Positions 39,104 to 50,896 of a DNA stretch of 64,000 bases are shown here, piece by piece. The notes beneath the pieces are model-generated. The model ran no database searches and was not told where the DNA came from. It saw nothing but the letters and a program-made list of their open reading frames with translations. Position numbers and translations under genes: made by a program. Location: assembly GCF_006345805.1 (NCBI RefSeq), contig NC_043024.1:6386001-6450000 (forward strand), read 5' to 3'. The stretch is from Octopus sinensis (lineage: Eukaryota). How positions within the stretch are numbered: position 1 is the first letter of the stretch; each line of letters begins with the position of its first letter.

Positions 39104-39886
39104 ATGTGGTAAAGAAATAAATGAGATACTTTGAGTAGCATGCGTATTGTGAAAAATTTCTCAAGGGGCTAAACATAGAGGGGACAAACAAGGACAGACA
39201 AAGGAATTAAGTCGATTATATCGACCCCAGTGCATAACTGGTACTTAATTTATTGACCTCAAAAGGATGAAAGGCAAAGTCGACCTCAGCAGAATTTGAA
39301 CTCAGATTATAAAGGCAGACAAAATACTGCTAAGCATCTTACTCAGCGCACTAATGTTTCTGCCAGCTCGCCGCTTTAAGTTTCGTTCATTGGAGTGTGG
39401 CCATGCTGGGGCACCACCATGAATGGCTGAATCAAAGAAACCAACCCTAGTACTTAGCATTTTTTTTCTCAAGTTTGGTACTTTAGAAATTTCTGTCGGC
39501 TTTTTTTGAGTAGCGTGCGTATTGTGAAAAATTATAATGGTTATGGACAATGTGTCTAATTTCAGCATATTTGGCATTAGAAATTCTTTCATTTGCCCTA
39601 TAAGTTGTTTATAAATTTAACCTTTAAAGGTATTTTTTAATATGCTGGCCATTGATAAAATTGTTTTTAGAAAAAAAAAATTTATCCTACATTAAATATA
39701 AATTTAATAGTGTTCACTTCTGGACTCTCTCACTCTGTGAGAGCCTCAGTTCAAATCGCACGTGTCTCAAATGGGCTGGAGTATTTCTATTTTGGATGTA
39801 TTTGGGGTACTTAGTTGTGCTCATGACTTAGTGTTTTGATTCTTCCATGGGTATGAGTAAGTATCTCATTTATTTCTTTACCACAT

Positions 39887-39946
39887 TTATCACTGACGAA
39901 GGGAGGGTTATTATGAACTAACCCTGAAATCGGTCCGATATGGTAA
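39887..39946 (+). ncRNA. Type I hammerhead ribozyme motif
   Basis: TTATCA-CTGACGA-AGGG...CCCT-GAAA-TCGGTCCGA-TA^-TGGTAA. All core nucleotides and three helices present. Confidence 0.85.
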
Positions 39947-40106
39947 TAATAGAATTTTTTAGAAATTTCTGTTGACTTTTTTCGAGTAGTGTGCGTATTG
40001 TGAAAAATTATAATGGTTATGGACAATGTGTCTAATTTCGGCATATTTGGCATTAGAAATTCTTTCGTTTGCCCTCATTTATAAGTTATATATATATATA
40101 TTTATA

Positions 40107-40138
<32 letters not shown>

Positions 40139-40366
40139 CACGTGTGTATATGTGTGTGCGAGTCTGTGTTTGCCCCTCCAACATCACTTGACAACTGATG
40201 CTGGTGTGTTTTACGTCCCCGTAACTTAGCGGTTCAGCAAAAGAGAACAATAGAATAAGTACTAGGCTTACAAAGAATAAGTCCTGGGGTCAATTTGTTT
40301 GACTAAAGGTGGTGCTCCAGCATGGCCACAATCAAATGACTGAAACAAGTAAAAGAGTAAAAGATT

Positions 40367-40801
40367 AAATTCAATCATATTTCACTTAAATGGAGGAGAT
40401 TAGATGTTAATATGGATGATAATTTTTTTTTTTATTTATGTAGCAATAAAATCGTTTTATACAGAAAGACAATAAATTTATTTTAAGAATCTGAATTGAC
40501 AAAAAGTACTCATTAGTAGCCAAAAACAAGAAAAAAACAAAACTCTTGTTTTAAAGAGACATGATTCAAAGTACAATAACACATCACAAAAATGAGTACG
40601 AACACCTTACCTGTGTAATCCAAACGTCTCTTTAGCATTTTTTCTTATTTTGGGCTTCTGATGAGTACTTTTTGACAATTCTTAAAATGAACTTATTGTC
40701 TTTCTGTATAAAACGATTTTAGAGCTACTTGAGTAAAAATAATCATCACCATCCATATTAACAGCTAATCTCCCCCATTTACGTAAAATATGATTGAATT
40801 T
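40367..40801. repeat. Older foldback palindrome with decayed hammerhead
   Basis: 40367-40560 versus 40625-40801 are diverged reverse complements. Confidence 0.75.
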
Positions 40802-42573
40802 GTTGAACTTTGTTTAATAAGTTAAATCATATACTTGTTTGTTCCTTCTCGAGCCAAGCCTGGCTCATTAGTGCTGGTTTCCTGGTTTCCTTGGTGTATA
40901 GGTTCCCCACCTGGACGGGACACTGGTCCATCACAGGTGAGCAGCAAGATGAATGAGGAAAGAGTCAGCAGAAGTTCGCCATTACCTTCTGCTGGAACCA
41001 TATGGAGCTTAGGTGTTTCACTCATAAACACACACATCGCCCGGTCTGAGATTCGAACCCATGATCCCTCGACCATGTACCTCCACAAATCATATACTTA
41101 CTATACCTGTGTGTGTGTGTGTGTGCGAGCAGGCCAACAGAAGAAAGAGTGAGAGAAAGTTGTGGCAAATGAGTACAGCAGGGATAGCCACCTACCCCTA
41201 CCAGAGCCTCGTGAAGCTTTTTAGGTGTTTTCACTCAATAAACACTCACAATGCTTGATCTGGGAATCAAAACAGCGATCCTACAACCACGAGTCCGCTG
41301 CCCCAACCACTAGGATATATATATAAATAATATATATATATATTATTTATATATAAAATGGATTTTTTTCAGTGAGAGCATAACAGGTGCGAAACCAGTG
41401 GTAACCTTCTGACTGGCCATAAACAATGACTACATTAAATAAATAAATAAATAAATAAATATACATATATATATATATATTTATATATATGTATTTTAGA
41501 ATGGATATGTGTGTATGTGTTATGTTTGCCCTCATCACCCTTTGACACCCGGTGTTGGTTTGTTTACATCCCCTTAACTTAGCGGTTCGCAAGAGAGATC
41601 AATAGAATAATTACGAGGCTTTTTTATTTATGTATTAGGGTCGATTCGTTCGACTAAACTCTTTAAAGCTGTGCCCCAGTATGGCCGCAGTCCAATGACT
41701 GAAACAAAGAAATGAAAAATAAACGATTCTATTATCTACAGTTTCGAAAACATGTTTTTCATTCCAAATATTTTCAGAATATTTCAGGCACAAAGAAACT
41801 GAAGCAAAGGCATCATTTTGGCTGCTACTTCTAACAGGTCGAATGGCAGAAGAGCCTGGTGTTCTATTAGTTTGGTCAGATGAGACAATGAAACGCTTCC
41901 GGGAAGGATGTTATCATCACAGATATTTCGTTTCTGATTGAATTAATTAAACGAACCCTTCTATATATTTAATTATTTTTAACGACAAAACACAAAATTT
42001 AATTTTGTGTATGTTTGACTTTTCGAAATGCTAATATAAAATGTTGTGGAAGCGTGTCAGTGACCAGGTCGCAATTGGTACGACGAAAATTTTTACCCCA
42101 AATAATAAATATTTAAGTGGAATTAACAGTTTTCCTGTGATTTTGAATGACTAATATGTGTTTCCCACGCTGCAACACAATGTCTCCCCAAACAAGTAGA
42201 TCTCCGAAATGTTACTTTTATTTTTCCGAATTAATTTCTACCTAAAATCGAAGACTGCTCCACAAGCCGATCTGCTATCTTATTTCAAAATATAATAATT
42301 TTTAACGTAAATTACTCCATCTGCTGTTAGTTAAGACATTCATCTCCTTTCTCGTTGGTCTTTCAAATCACAATACACGTTAGATGTCCGAAATATGAGC
42401 ACCACCCCCAAAATAATTACATCGAAGCTAAACAAAACTTTCAATGAACAGAATTTGCCGCAAGAAAAACCTGAAACATTTATGTAATTCAATTATTTCA
42501 CAAAACAACGACGTTAATTGATAAAGCTGGTAAACACGTTGAAAGGAATAATAATAATAATATTAATACTTAC

Positions 42574-42725
42574 AGACTGTTTAGTATGAATGGGAGATCT
42601 TTGTGTAAGGAAGCGGTCGACTGACAAACAAGGTAGTTGTGGGTGTGGGTGTGAGAAATTGAATTAAGGAAACTAATTGAATCAAGGGGAATAACTCTAA
42701 CTACTCCGAACCGACGAGAGACTCA
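42574..42725 (-). other. Probable non-coding first exon of the minus-strand gene (start approximate)
   Basis: Minus-strand donor GTAAGT at 42573; ATG-free unique sequence adjacent to the GC-rich motifs. Confidence 0.5.
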
Positions 42726-43944
42726 GTCGTGAGGGGAGAAGCGGGTGGCTTTCCTTTCCCAGCGGGTGGCTGGCCGGGGAGTTGAAAAGGTGGCCAGAGA
42801 AAGATGCCTAGTTTAATTTTAAGTGATTGAGACGGTTTTAATATTTAAACTTTTTATGATCTGTTCAACAACATGGCGAAGAAAAAAAAAAGCAATTAAA
42901 TAGATGGGAGCTAAATTGTATTCTGGTTCCTTAATAAAGGAAGGAAGGGTTTGGTGAACGGATCCTTTTAGACCGTTGCTTTAATGGATCGTTAAACTTC
43001 GTCAAATTATTCCTTGCTGAAAAAATGAAACCCTCGTAGATTCGCTGTGCCCAGAAAACAATGACAGACACATCAAATCTATCTCATTCTTTTCTCCAAG
43101 GAGTGATTTATTGTCAAGTTTATATTATAGCTCAAAGAATTTCAGCGGAATTCTAGTTTAAGCACCCCATAAACCCCTCGTAACTTTTTCATTTTGGGGG
43201 CAAATTTTCAGACAATTTTTGAGAATTTCTGTTCTACACACAGGAATTCATACAATTATAAAAAAATGTTTTCTTTAATTCTTTAAAAGCCTCCTCTTTC
43301 TCCATAAATCCTAAATTTTCCACTCTTTTTCGAATTCTTTTGCTTTGTTTTTAAATCAGAGTTTAAAATACGGACAATCTAAAGTTTTGGTTTAAATCGC
43401 AGCAATGAACCATTAAAAGTGTTTATGGGGAAGAAAATATTGAAAAATACCAGTACATGTCGCAGTGACAAAGAAACCAGGAATTTATCAGGTGGCCATG
43501 AGGTGTGCTAAAAATAACAGCTAAATCGCCCTTTAATCACACACACACACATTTTTTTTTGCATAATCGTATGAATTCCTGTGTGTAGAAGACAAATTCG
43601 CAAACATTTTCTAAATATTCCAAAATATAAAAGAGTTATGAAAGGTTAAACGAGAAATCTCTTTCCATCCTAAACTCAAATGTCACCGGAGATCACTTTG
43701 CCTTCATCTTTCTGCAATCAATAAAGTCGATATTTTTATTTATTTTATATTTTGTTTTATATCATATATATATGTGAACAACATCGTCATTGGTTACAAA
43801 TTTCCAAAAGCGAAACATAACTGCTTCGCTGGTTTCTGACGGTCACAGCCAGAAAGCATATGTCCGCAGTCTCACACTTTTGTGGAAATAAATACAAAGA
43901 GGGATTTTAAGTAGAGACACCGGTTTTACATAAAGCTTTACATC

Positions 43945-44022
43945 GAACGGAAGTGGAAATCTTCTGACAATAGAAAACACAAAAGTGCAACAATCACAAA
44001 CAAAAGCTCTTTGATGTCAGCT
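43945..44022 (+). other. ERCC5: Probable non-coding first exon of ERCC5 (start approximate)
   Basis: ETS-like CGGAAGTG at 43948-43955 and donor gtgagt at 44023. An upstream exon is implied by the acceptor at 45862, 13 nt before the ATG. Confidence 0.55.
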
Positions 44023-44695
44023 GTGAGTATTTTTGCATCGTTTATAATTTAATAAATAATGATTTATAATATAATATCGTATGATATAATATATCAGCTT
44101 ATTGCATATGCAGGGCTCACGTTCAGGTGTACAAAATTTGCCAGAAAAGATTAAAAGAGAAGGCATGTGTCCACATGTCTTCCCCTCGGCTTCCAGTAAA
44201 ATGGATATTTTGTAAGGAATTTTTCTACAAATACGCTTCGGATGGCGTAGATTCCGATCATATTGGAATATGTGGGGAAATGATTTTCCTAGAGTGGCGG
44301 TGGGGTTTCCGAAAATTCACACGAGTCGGTTTTCTTTACTCGTAACTTTCAGAAAAATACTTTAATATTTTGTTTTATGAAATGTTCTGTAAATACCTTT
44401 CAGTCTTTGTAGATTACCATTGTATCGGAATTTAATATGAAAACAATAAATTTTGTGGGTTCGTACACGTACTGTTATACGTCACGTATATCTATAAAAG
44501 GAAAATTGAAATTTCGAAAGAAACAATGATGTGTGTCAGTATGTGTCTGTGCGGAATCATTTTTTTCTTTTCACGCAAAATTCCGATATAATAGTAATTT
44601 ACACACCCTGAAAAGTATTTGTAGTAAAGGTCATTGAAAAATAGCTGACCAGAACCTTGTGAGTGGATTTGGTAGATGGAAACTGAAAGAAGCCT

Positions 44696-44765
<70 letters not shown>

Positions 44766-44961
44766 GTGTGTGTCTTTGTGACTGTGTTGGTCTGTTTACG
44801 TCCCTGTAGCTTAGCAGTTCAGCAAAAGTGACCAATAGAAGTACCAGGCTTGAACAAGTAAGAGTGTGCTGGGATTGATTCATTCAACTAAAAAATTTGA
44901 TGTGGCAGTGCCCCAGCATGGCCACAGTGTAATGACTCAAGTAAAAGATAAATGATATATT

Positions 44962-45802
44962 ACAGGGTGCAGTGAATACTTTGTCTAAATTACACAAAAG
45001 TGAAAATAACCCTGATATCTCATTTTAACAGATATATTTACCAAAATAGTATAAAAATATCTTAAAATACTAAAAGAGTAAATTTATTCAATAAAATCGC
45101 CATTGGCTTCAACCACAGCCTTCAGAAGACTTCAGAATCTCCTGCAACTCTTCTGGACAGTCTCCTTTCTTAAGTTGGTAAATGCTGCCATAATCCTTGC
45201 CTTTAGTTTATCTTTGGTGTTACAAGGAGTTTTGTTGGTCTCTTTCTCAATTGGGCCCCACACATAATAATCAAGGGGGTTGCAGTCTGGGGAGTTAAGT
45301 GGCCAGATGTTAGGGGTGATGTGGTCGCAGAAATTGTCTGACAGCCATGACTGGGTTCTCCTGCTTGTGTGGCATGGTGCAGAATAGGGTCTTCCAGCAG
45401 ACACCTTCTTGACCCAGGGCAGCACGTGATGTAGACCTCTGTGTTGAGTGTGAGGCTGTGTGGCAAGATGAATGGAGGCATAACGTCGCCATCACTAGTG
45501 ATCACTCCAAACATCATGATGTTCACTGGATGTTTGATTTCCATCACTCTTGGTACGTGCACTGTCTTCAGATTGACTCCCAAACACTCTGAAATGTTCG
45601 TGTTGGAGCTTCTGGTGCAAATGCTAAGCAGGTACAGCATGTCGTTTCCAAATTTCTGGCAGAGTGAATCTGCATCTGTTTTTCTCACAGACAGTGCCCA
45701 ACTGATCCTACTATACTGTGTAGTCAACAAAATCAAAAGCAGACAAGGTGCATGCTTGAAATTGAAAATATAAAATGGCAACAATTTGCCCATTGCACCT
45801 TG
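44962..45802 (-). mobile_element. Internally deleted Tc1/mariner-like transposon in the ERCC5 5'UTR intron
   Basis: CAGGGTGCA/TGCACCTTG termini; MMFGVITSDG and WPLNSPDCNPLDYYVWG motifs. Confidence 0.85.
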
Positions 45803-45875
45803 TGTGTGTGTGTGTGTGTATATTGGCTATTATTATATAGAGGTTTATTTATATACTTTCAGATTTATTCTACCA

Positions 45876-45963
45876 ATGGGAGTTCACGGCCTTTGGTCTC
45901 TGCTTCAACCTGTTGGGAAGCCAGTTCGACTGGAAGCACTCGAGGGCAAAATTCTTGCCATTG
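45876..45963 (+). CDS. ERCC5: ERCC5/XPG coding exon 1 (XPG N-domain start)
   Basis: ATG 45876 gives MGVHGLWSLLQPVGKPVRLEALEGKILAI, matching the XPG/Rad2 N-terminus. 88 coding nt; preceded by acceptor tttcag (45862) and followed by U12 donor GTATCCTTT. Confidence 0.97.
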
Positions 45964-46658
45964 GTATCCTTTCCACTCATTCTTTGTTTCCTGTTTTTGT
46001 GCTTTTGTTTATTTTTATTTTTTTAGTGTCACATCAACTGCATACTTACATATTTCCACTGGACCAATAACACAAGTTTTGTCCTTCGGTAGCAATTGTT
46101 ATTTCCTATTTGCTTACCCCTAGAAAGTATGAAAAGAGGCTAATATTTCCTTCAAGCTATGCTTTTCTTACATTTATTCAAATCCCCAAGAATCCCTCTC
46201 AATGCATGGCTGTGATGCTCCCCAACCACTCCTGCTTATCATCAGAGATGCATATTTTGTCAGCCACTAAGGGACATGCACAAATGGTTATGGTCAAATA
46301 ACTGAGAAGCAAATCTGTGGTATTGAGCAGAATATTTGCTATAATGATATTTCTGCTTCAGTAACTCAGCAATGAATCTGTCTGAAATGTAATGAAAAAT
46401 AGGTCAGTTTAAAAACATTGATGTCCAGGCCAGGAAAGCAAAATTTGAAGGGACCAGTCGTGATTTCCTTTGATTTCTAGATAGAAGCAAATAAGAAATA
46501 GCACTTAGTGATCAGAGACAAAATACACAATGTTATTGGTTTATGGTTTTTCCGAAGATTGGGAGTGACAAGGGAGTCACTGCAACTCTGCACAGAACAA
46601 ATATTAAGATATTACAAATTCTTTCATCAAACACCATTGCTCTCCCTCCCTCTGTGTT

Positions 46659-46732
<74 letters not shown>

Positions 46733-48027
46733 TATATATTTATATATACTCTTTTACTTGCTTCAGTTATTTGACTGTGGCCATGCTGGAGCACCGCCTT
46801 TAGTCAAGTATATCGACCCCAGGACTTATTCTTTGTAAGCCTAGTACTTATTCTATCAGTCTCTTTTGCCGAACTGCTAAGTTATGGGTACGTAAACACA
46901 CCAGGTTGATAAGCAAGCTACTTACACAAAATGTTTCTATCCACTTTTCCATGCTTGCATGGGTCAGAAAGAATTTGTTGAGGCAAACTTTCTACAGCTG
47001 GAGGCTCTTCCTGTCACCAACCCTCTGTTTCCAAGAAAGCTAATGTTTCCCATGGTCAGACACAATTTTCTTGGAAAACTGGAAACAAACAACACCACTT
47101 GTATGATGGTGATGCTCATTTACAACTATCACCAAAGAAGCACACACACACACGTGTGTGTGTGAGTGTGTGTGCTACATCTCTGGAAAAACCATTAATA
47201 TAATGAAAAATTTGAAATGGTTTATTCAGAAAGAGCATAACTCACAGATTTCAGAACACTTAAAATTTTTCAGATATCTTAATATTTGAACAAGATACAC
47301 CATTTTTCTCAGGTAAGCAGACATGACCCAGAAAAGTGGCCTTTTTGAGAACCGAAAACTTTTCACAACTTTAACCTTGTCTCATTCATAAAACTAGTAG
47401 AACCCTTGATATTCAAACTGCAGTCATTTACTACAGATTGTATGGAAAAACATCCAGTTTTGACCTTTGAACCCATTTTTCTCAATTGTTCATTTATTGA
47501 CATCCAATGGGTGTTTTCCTTTGCACCATTGCATACGTGGTAAATAATCCTTTCTACTAAAGGCACAAGGCCTGAAATTTTGTGGGAGGGGACTAGTCGA
47601 ATACATCGACCCCAGTGCGAAACTGGTACTTAATTTATTGACCCCAAAAGGATGAAAGGCAAAGTCGACCTCGGCGGTATTTGAACTCAGAATATAAAGA
47701 CAGACGAAATACCTATTTCTTTACTACCCACAAGTGGCTAAACACAGAGAGAACAAACGGATTAAATCGATTATATCGACCCTAGTGCGTAACTGGTATT
47801 TATTTAATCGACCCCGAAAGGATGAAAGGCAAAACCGACCTTGGCAGAATTTGAACTCAGAACATAAAGACGAAATACTGCTAAATATTTCGCTTGGTAA
47901 GCTAATGATTTTGCCAGCTTGCTTCCTTATATGGTAAATAATGGCAGTGAAGGTTATCAAAGTGATAATAATGGTGACAGCCATACCGTTTAGTCCGTAT
48001 CTTTTCCTTAACATTTTTTTACTCCAG
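45964..48027 (+). other. U12-type (minor spliceosome) GT-AG intron
   Basis: 5' site GTATCCTTT at 45964 and branch site TTTTCCTTAAC at 48002-48012, 15 nt before the end of the intron (CAG 48025-48027). Confidence 0.95.
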
Positions 48028-48203
48028 ATGTCAGTCTCTGGCTTCACCAAGCTGCGAAAGGAATGAGGGATCGTTCTGGAAATCCTGTCCCCAACGCCCA
48101 CCTTATCGTACTGTTCAACCGTGTCTGCAAGCTGCTTTACTACCGGATCAAACCAATATTCGTATTCGATGGTGGTGTACCAGTGTTGAAATGGCAAACT
48201 TTG
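48028..48203 (+). CDS. ERCC5: ERCC5/XPG coding exon 2
   Basis: (D)[58 protein letters not shown], containing the FEN1/XPG-family PIFVFDG motif. cag/gtaagt boundaries, 176 nt, phase-consistent. Confidence 0.97.
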
Positions 48204-48926
48204 GTAAGTGGGATTCTGTTTTCCTAATCTCTGTAGGAAATGGTTGAGTGAGGATTAGACATTGGAAGTAGGGAGACAATCGTACATCATAAGAATTCTA
48301 ATTTTGAAACAAGACCAGCAATCTTCACAGGAAAGTCATTCACATCGACACCAGTGTTTGATTGGTACTTATTTTATCATCCTTCAAGGCAGATACTCTT
48401 TTACTTATTTCAGTCATTTTGACTGTGGCCATACTGGAGCACTGCCTTTTAGTCAAGCAAATTGACCCCAGGACTTGTTCTTTGTAAGCCTAGTACTTAT
48501 TCTATCGGTCTCTTTTGCTGAACCGCTAAGTTACGGGGACTTAAACACACCAGCATCGGTTGTCAAGCGATGCTGTGAGGACAAACACATGTGGTTGGTA
48601 AGCAAGCTACTTACCACACAGCCACTCCTGCGCCTACATGAAGACAAGTGTTTTGCTAAACAACACAATGCGTCACTTGGTCCAGGAATTGAAACCACAA
48701 TTGTACAATCCTGAGTGCAACACCCTAACCACTAAGCCATGTGCCTCCACGCATGCTGGCATACTGGGAAAATTACATGACAGTGTTGTCAGATGGCTAC
48801 ATGGTGGCTTGCTGGTTACATTGCTACATGATGGTGAGACAGTGTGTACATGTGCACATCTCTGATTTAGGTTGATTGGGGTAACTGAATACAGACCATG
48901 GATTATAGGAGAGAACACTGGATTAA

Positions 48927-50000
48927 CCCTTTTGTTACTATATTTCTGACCAAAATACACCCCTTATGTGTTTCAATTAATTTCTACTATAATCATAAAT
49001 TTAGTCTGGTTTCATTAAACAACTATAACTTTTTTATTTATTAATATATTAATGTGATTTTTGGAAGATAATTTAATGAAATGTTCTCAACCAATTCTAT
49101 ACTATAATTTTTGTCACAAAGTGACTCTAATTGCAGGTAGATACAGGTAAATTGAACAAAATATAAAATTATTAAAATTTTGTTCAAACATCGCTATAGA
49201 AAATGGGTTATTAGCTAATATTCAATTGGGTATACAACAAAATTTTACGATAGAATTTGTTATTCTGGGTAACTTTCTGATACCCATAATAATATTTATG
49301 GCCAAATAGTCTTAATTTCATTTAAGGTTGTGGGAAACCACAAACTATCCTTTCTTTCGCTGTTTACATTTAGCATAACGGTTCGTTTCTGCTGTAATGA
49401 TTTCAAATAGGCTCATTCGAAAAAGTAAAAAGAAATAGTCTAAGGCTTTACTCTCCTGGGAAAGTCTGTGGCTTGGTCCAGTTTCTTCATAAAAATCACC
49501 GAAAGAAACAGTTTTTAAATTTTCACTCCATTCAGGTGCCAATCCATTTTCTTTATCGCTGTCGGAGCTCTCGGATTCACTGTTTTCACTTTCGGAAAAT
49601 GAAACATCAGATTCATTATCAAATACCACGTGCTTTTTTTTTTTCAGTCATAAAGTTAGATTTATCAAGGTCTTCAGTAGAAAATCCTTCGAATTCTGAC
49701 TCGCTGCTTGATATAATGAAATTCGTATCCATTTTTTGTCAGAATTACAAATTTTGATAACAATAGGAACAAATTTCGGAAAAAAATCTCCCAAAATTCA
49801 CGGAATTAAAATTACACTTCGATCGTTGTACAAAACTGTAGATGGACTGTTTACGAAGTATAATCAGTGTTTTCACGAATGTACTAAAGAGATTTGCTCT
49901 GATATTCTCATTTAAATATGAATAGATAAATACGGGCGGGTTTGGTCACATTAACCAAAATTTTTTTCGGGCTGCTTTGGGCGGTTTGGTAACGAAAGGG
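48927..50000 (-). mobile_element. Internally deleted piggyBac element
   Basis: TTAA target duplication (48923, 50001) and CCCTTT.GTTAC TIRs. Acidic N-terminus plus TGP...LDYFFL.F....I.AETNRYA of PGBD-type transposases. Confidence 0.9.
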
Positions 50001-50682
50001 TTAACCATTAAGCAAAATAAGCATGTGCTTTGGGCATCGGGGGAAGTGGTGGGGAGGGACACAGAAATGGTAACTGGTTTACAGCACAAATGAAATCACT
50101 TTAAACTTGCTAAAATAATATTCTGTGTCAAATATATTCTCCCTTGGATAGGATGCCAGTCAGTTACAGGATTACTAAATTTTGCACGGCTTAGTGGTTA
50201 GAATGTTGGACTCATGATCGTAAGATAGTGGTTTCAATTCCTGGATTGGGCAACATGTTGTGTTCTTGAGTAAATCATTTCATTTCACATCGCTTCAGTT
50301 CACTCAGCCAACAAAATGAGTTGTAATCCTTTGACTGATTGGCAGCCTATCCAAGAATATGATTGGAAATATAATTTTTCAGTCTTCATGGTGTTATAGT
50401 GAAGATTTGATCAAAGACTTTGCAATTAAGAAAAGTAGGAGAAAACTTGTAAAATATAAATAAAATGAAAATATACAGAACTAAACATTATTCTCCATCT
50501 TACTGTTAGTTTTGTTTCACTTTGAAAAATAAAAATATATTTTATGGTTTATTATTGTTTATATTTTGAATTACAAATATATGGCGGCACCAGAATCTTT
50601 TAAGTGCTCAGGGCCTCTATGGGTCTTAATCCAGCCCTGATAGGAGATGGTTACCATCTTTGAGGTAGTGTGAGCATAATAC

Positions 50683-50896
50683 AAGGGGCTAAATACAGAG
50701 AGGACAAACAAGGACAGACAAACGGATTAAGTTGATTATATCGACCCCAGTGTGTAACTGGTACTTAATTTATCAACCCCGAAAGGATGAAAGGCAAACT
50801 CGACCTCGGCGGAATTTGAACTCAGAACGTAACGGCAGACGAAATACAGCTACGCATTTCGCCCGGCGTGCTAACGTTTCTGCCAGCTTGCTGCCT
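50683..50896 (-). mobile_element. tRNA-derived SINE family B (Meta-domain-like core) with 17-bp TSD
   Basis: Core GCCTTTCATCCTTTCGGGGT.GATAAATTAAGTACCAG; TAGTGTGAGCATAATAC duplicated at 50666 and 50897. Other copies at ~5701, 19421, 34940, 35655, 39160, 47545. Confidence 0.88.

Larger units (their letters stand above)
38826..40090. mobile_element. Hammerhead-bearing tandem (476-bp period) plus inverted repeat element, interrupted by SINE sequence
   Basis: 38826-39131 is the reverse complement of the unit seen in 39484-40075. The unit repeats at 39485 and 39961 and ends in (TA)n. Confidence 0.8.
41700..44050. promoter_or_regulatory. Putative bidirectional promoter region
   Basis: SINE- and microsatellite-poor and visibly richer in CpG. 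Contains AGCGGGTGGCT twice (42740, 42761), YY1-like CAACATGGCG (42869), ETS-like CGGAAGTG (43948) and outward-facing donors at 42573(-) and 44023(+). Confidence 0.6.

Noticed and set aside
38922-40053. Three similar ORFs (MKEFLMPNMLKLD...) as a small gene family
   Set aside because: They are the repeated non-coding hammerhead element read in both orientations.
43845-43880. CTGACGG...GAAAGCATATGTC near the ERCC5 promoter as a ribozyme
   Set aside because: A9 missing and no helix I pairing.
47724-48197. 157-aa minus-strand ORF
   Set aside because: Antisense shadow of ERCC5 exon 2 running into SINE sequence.
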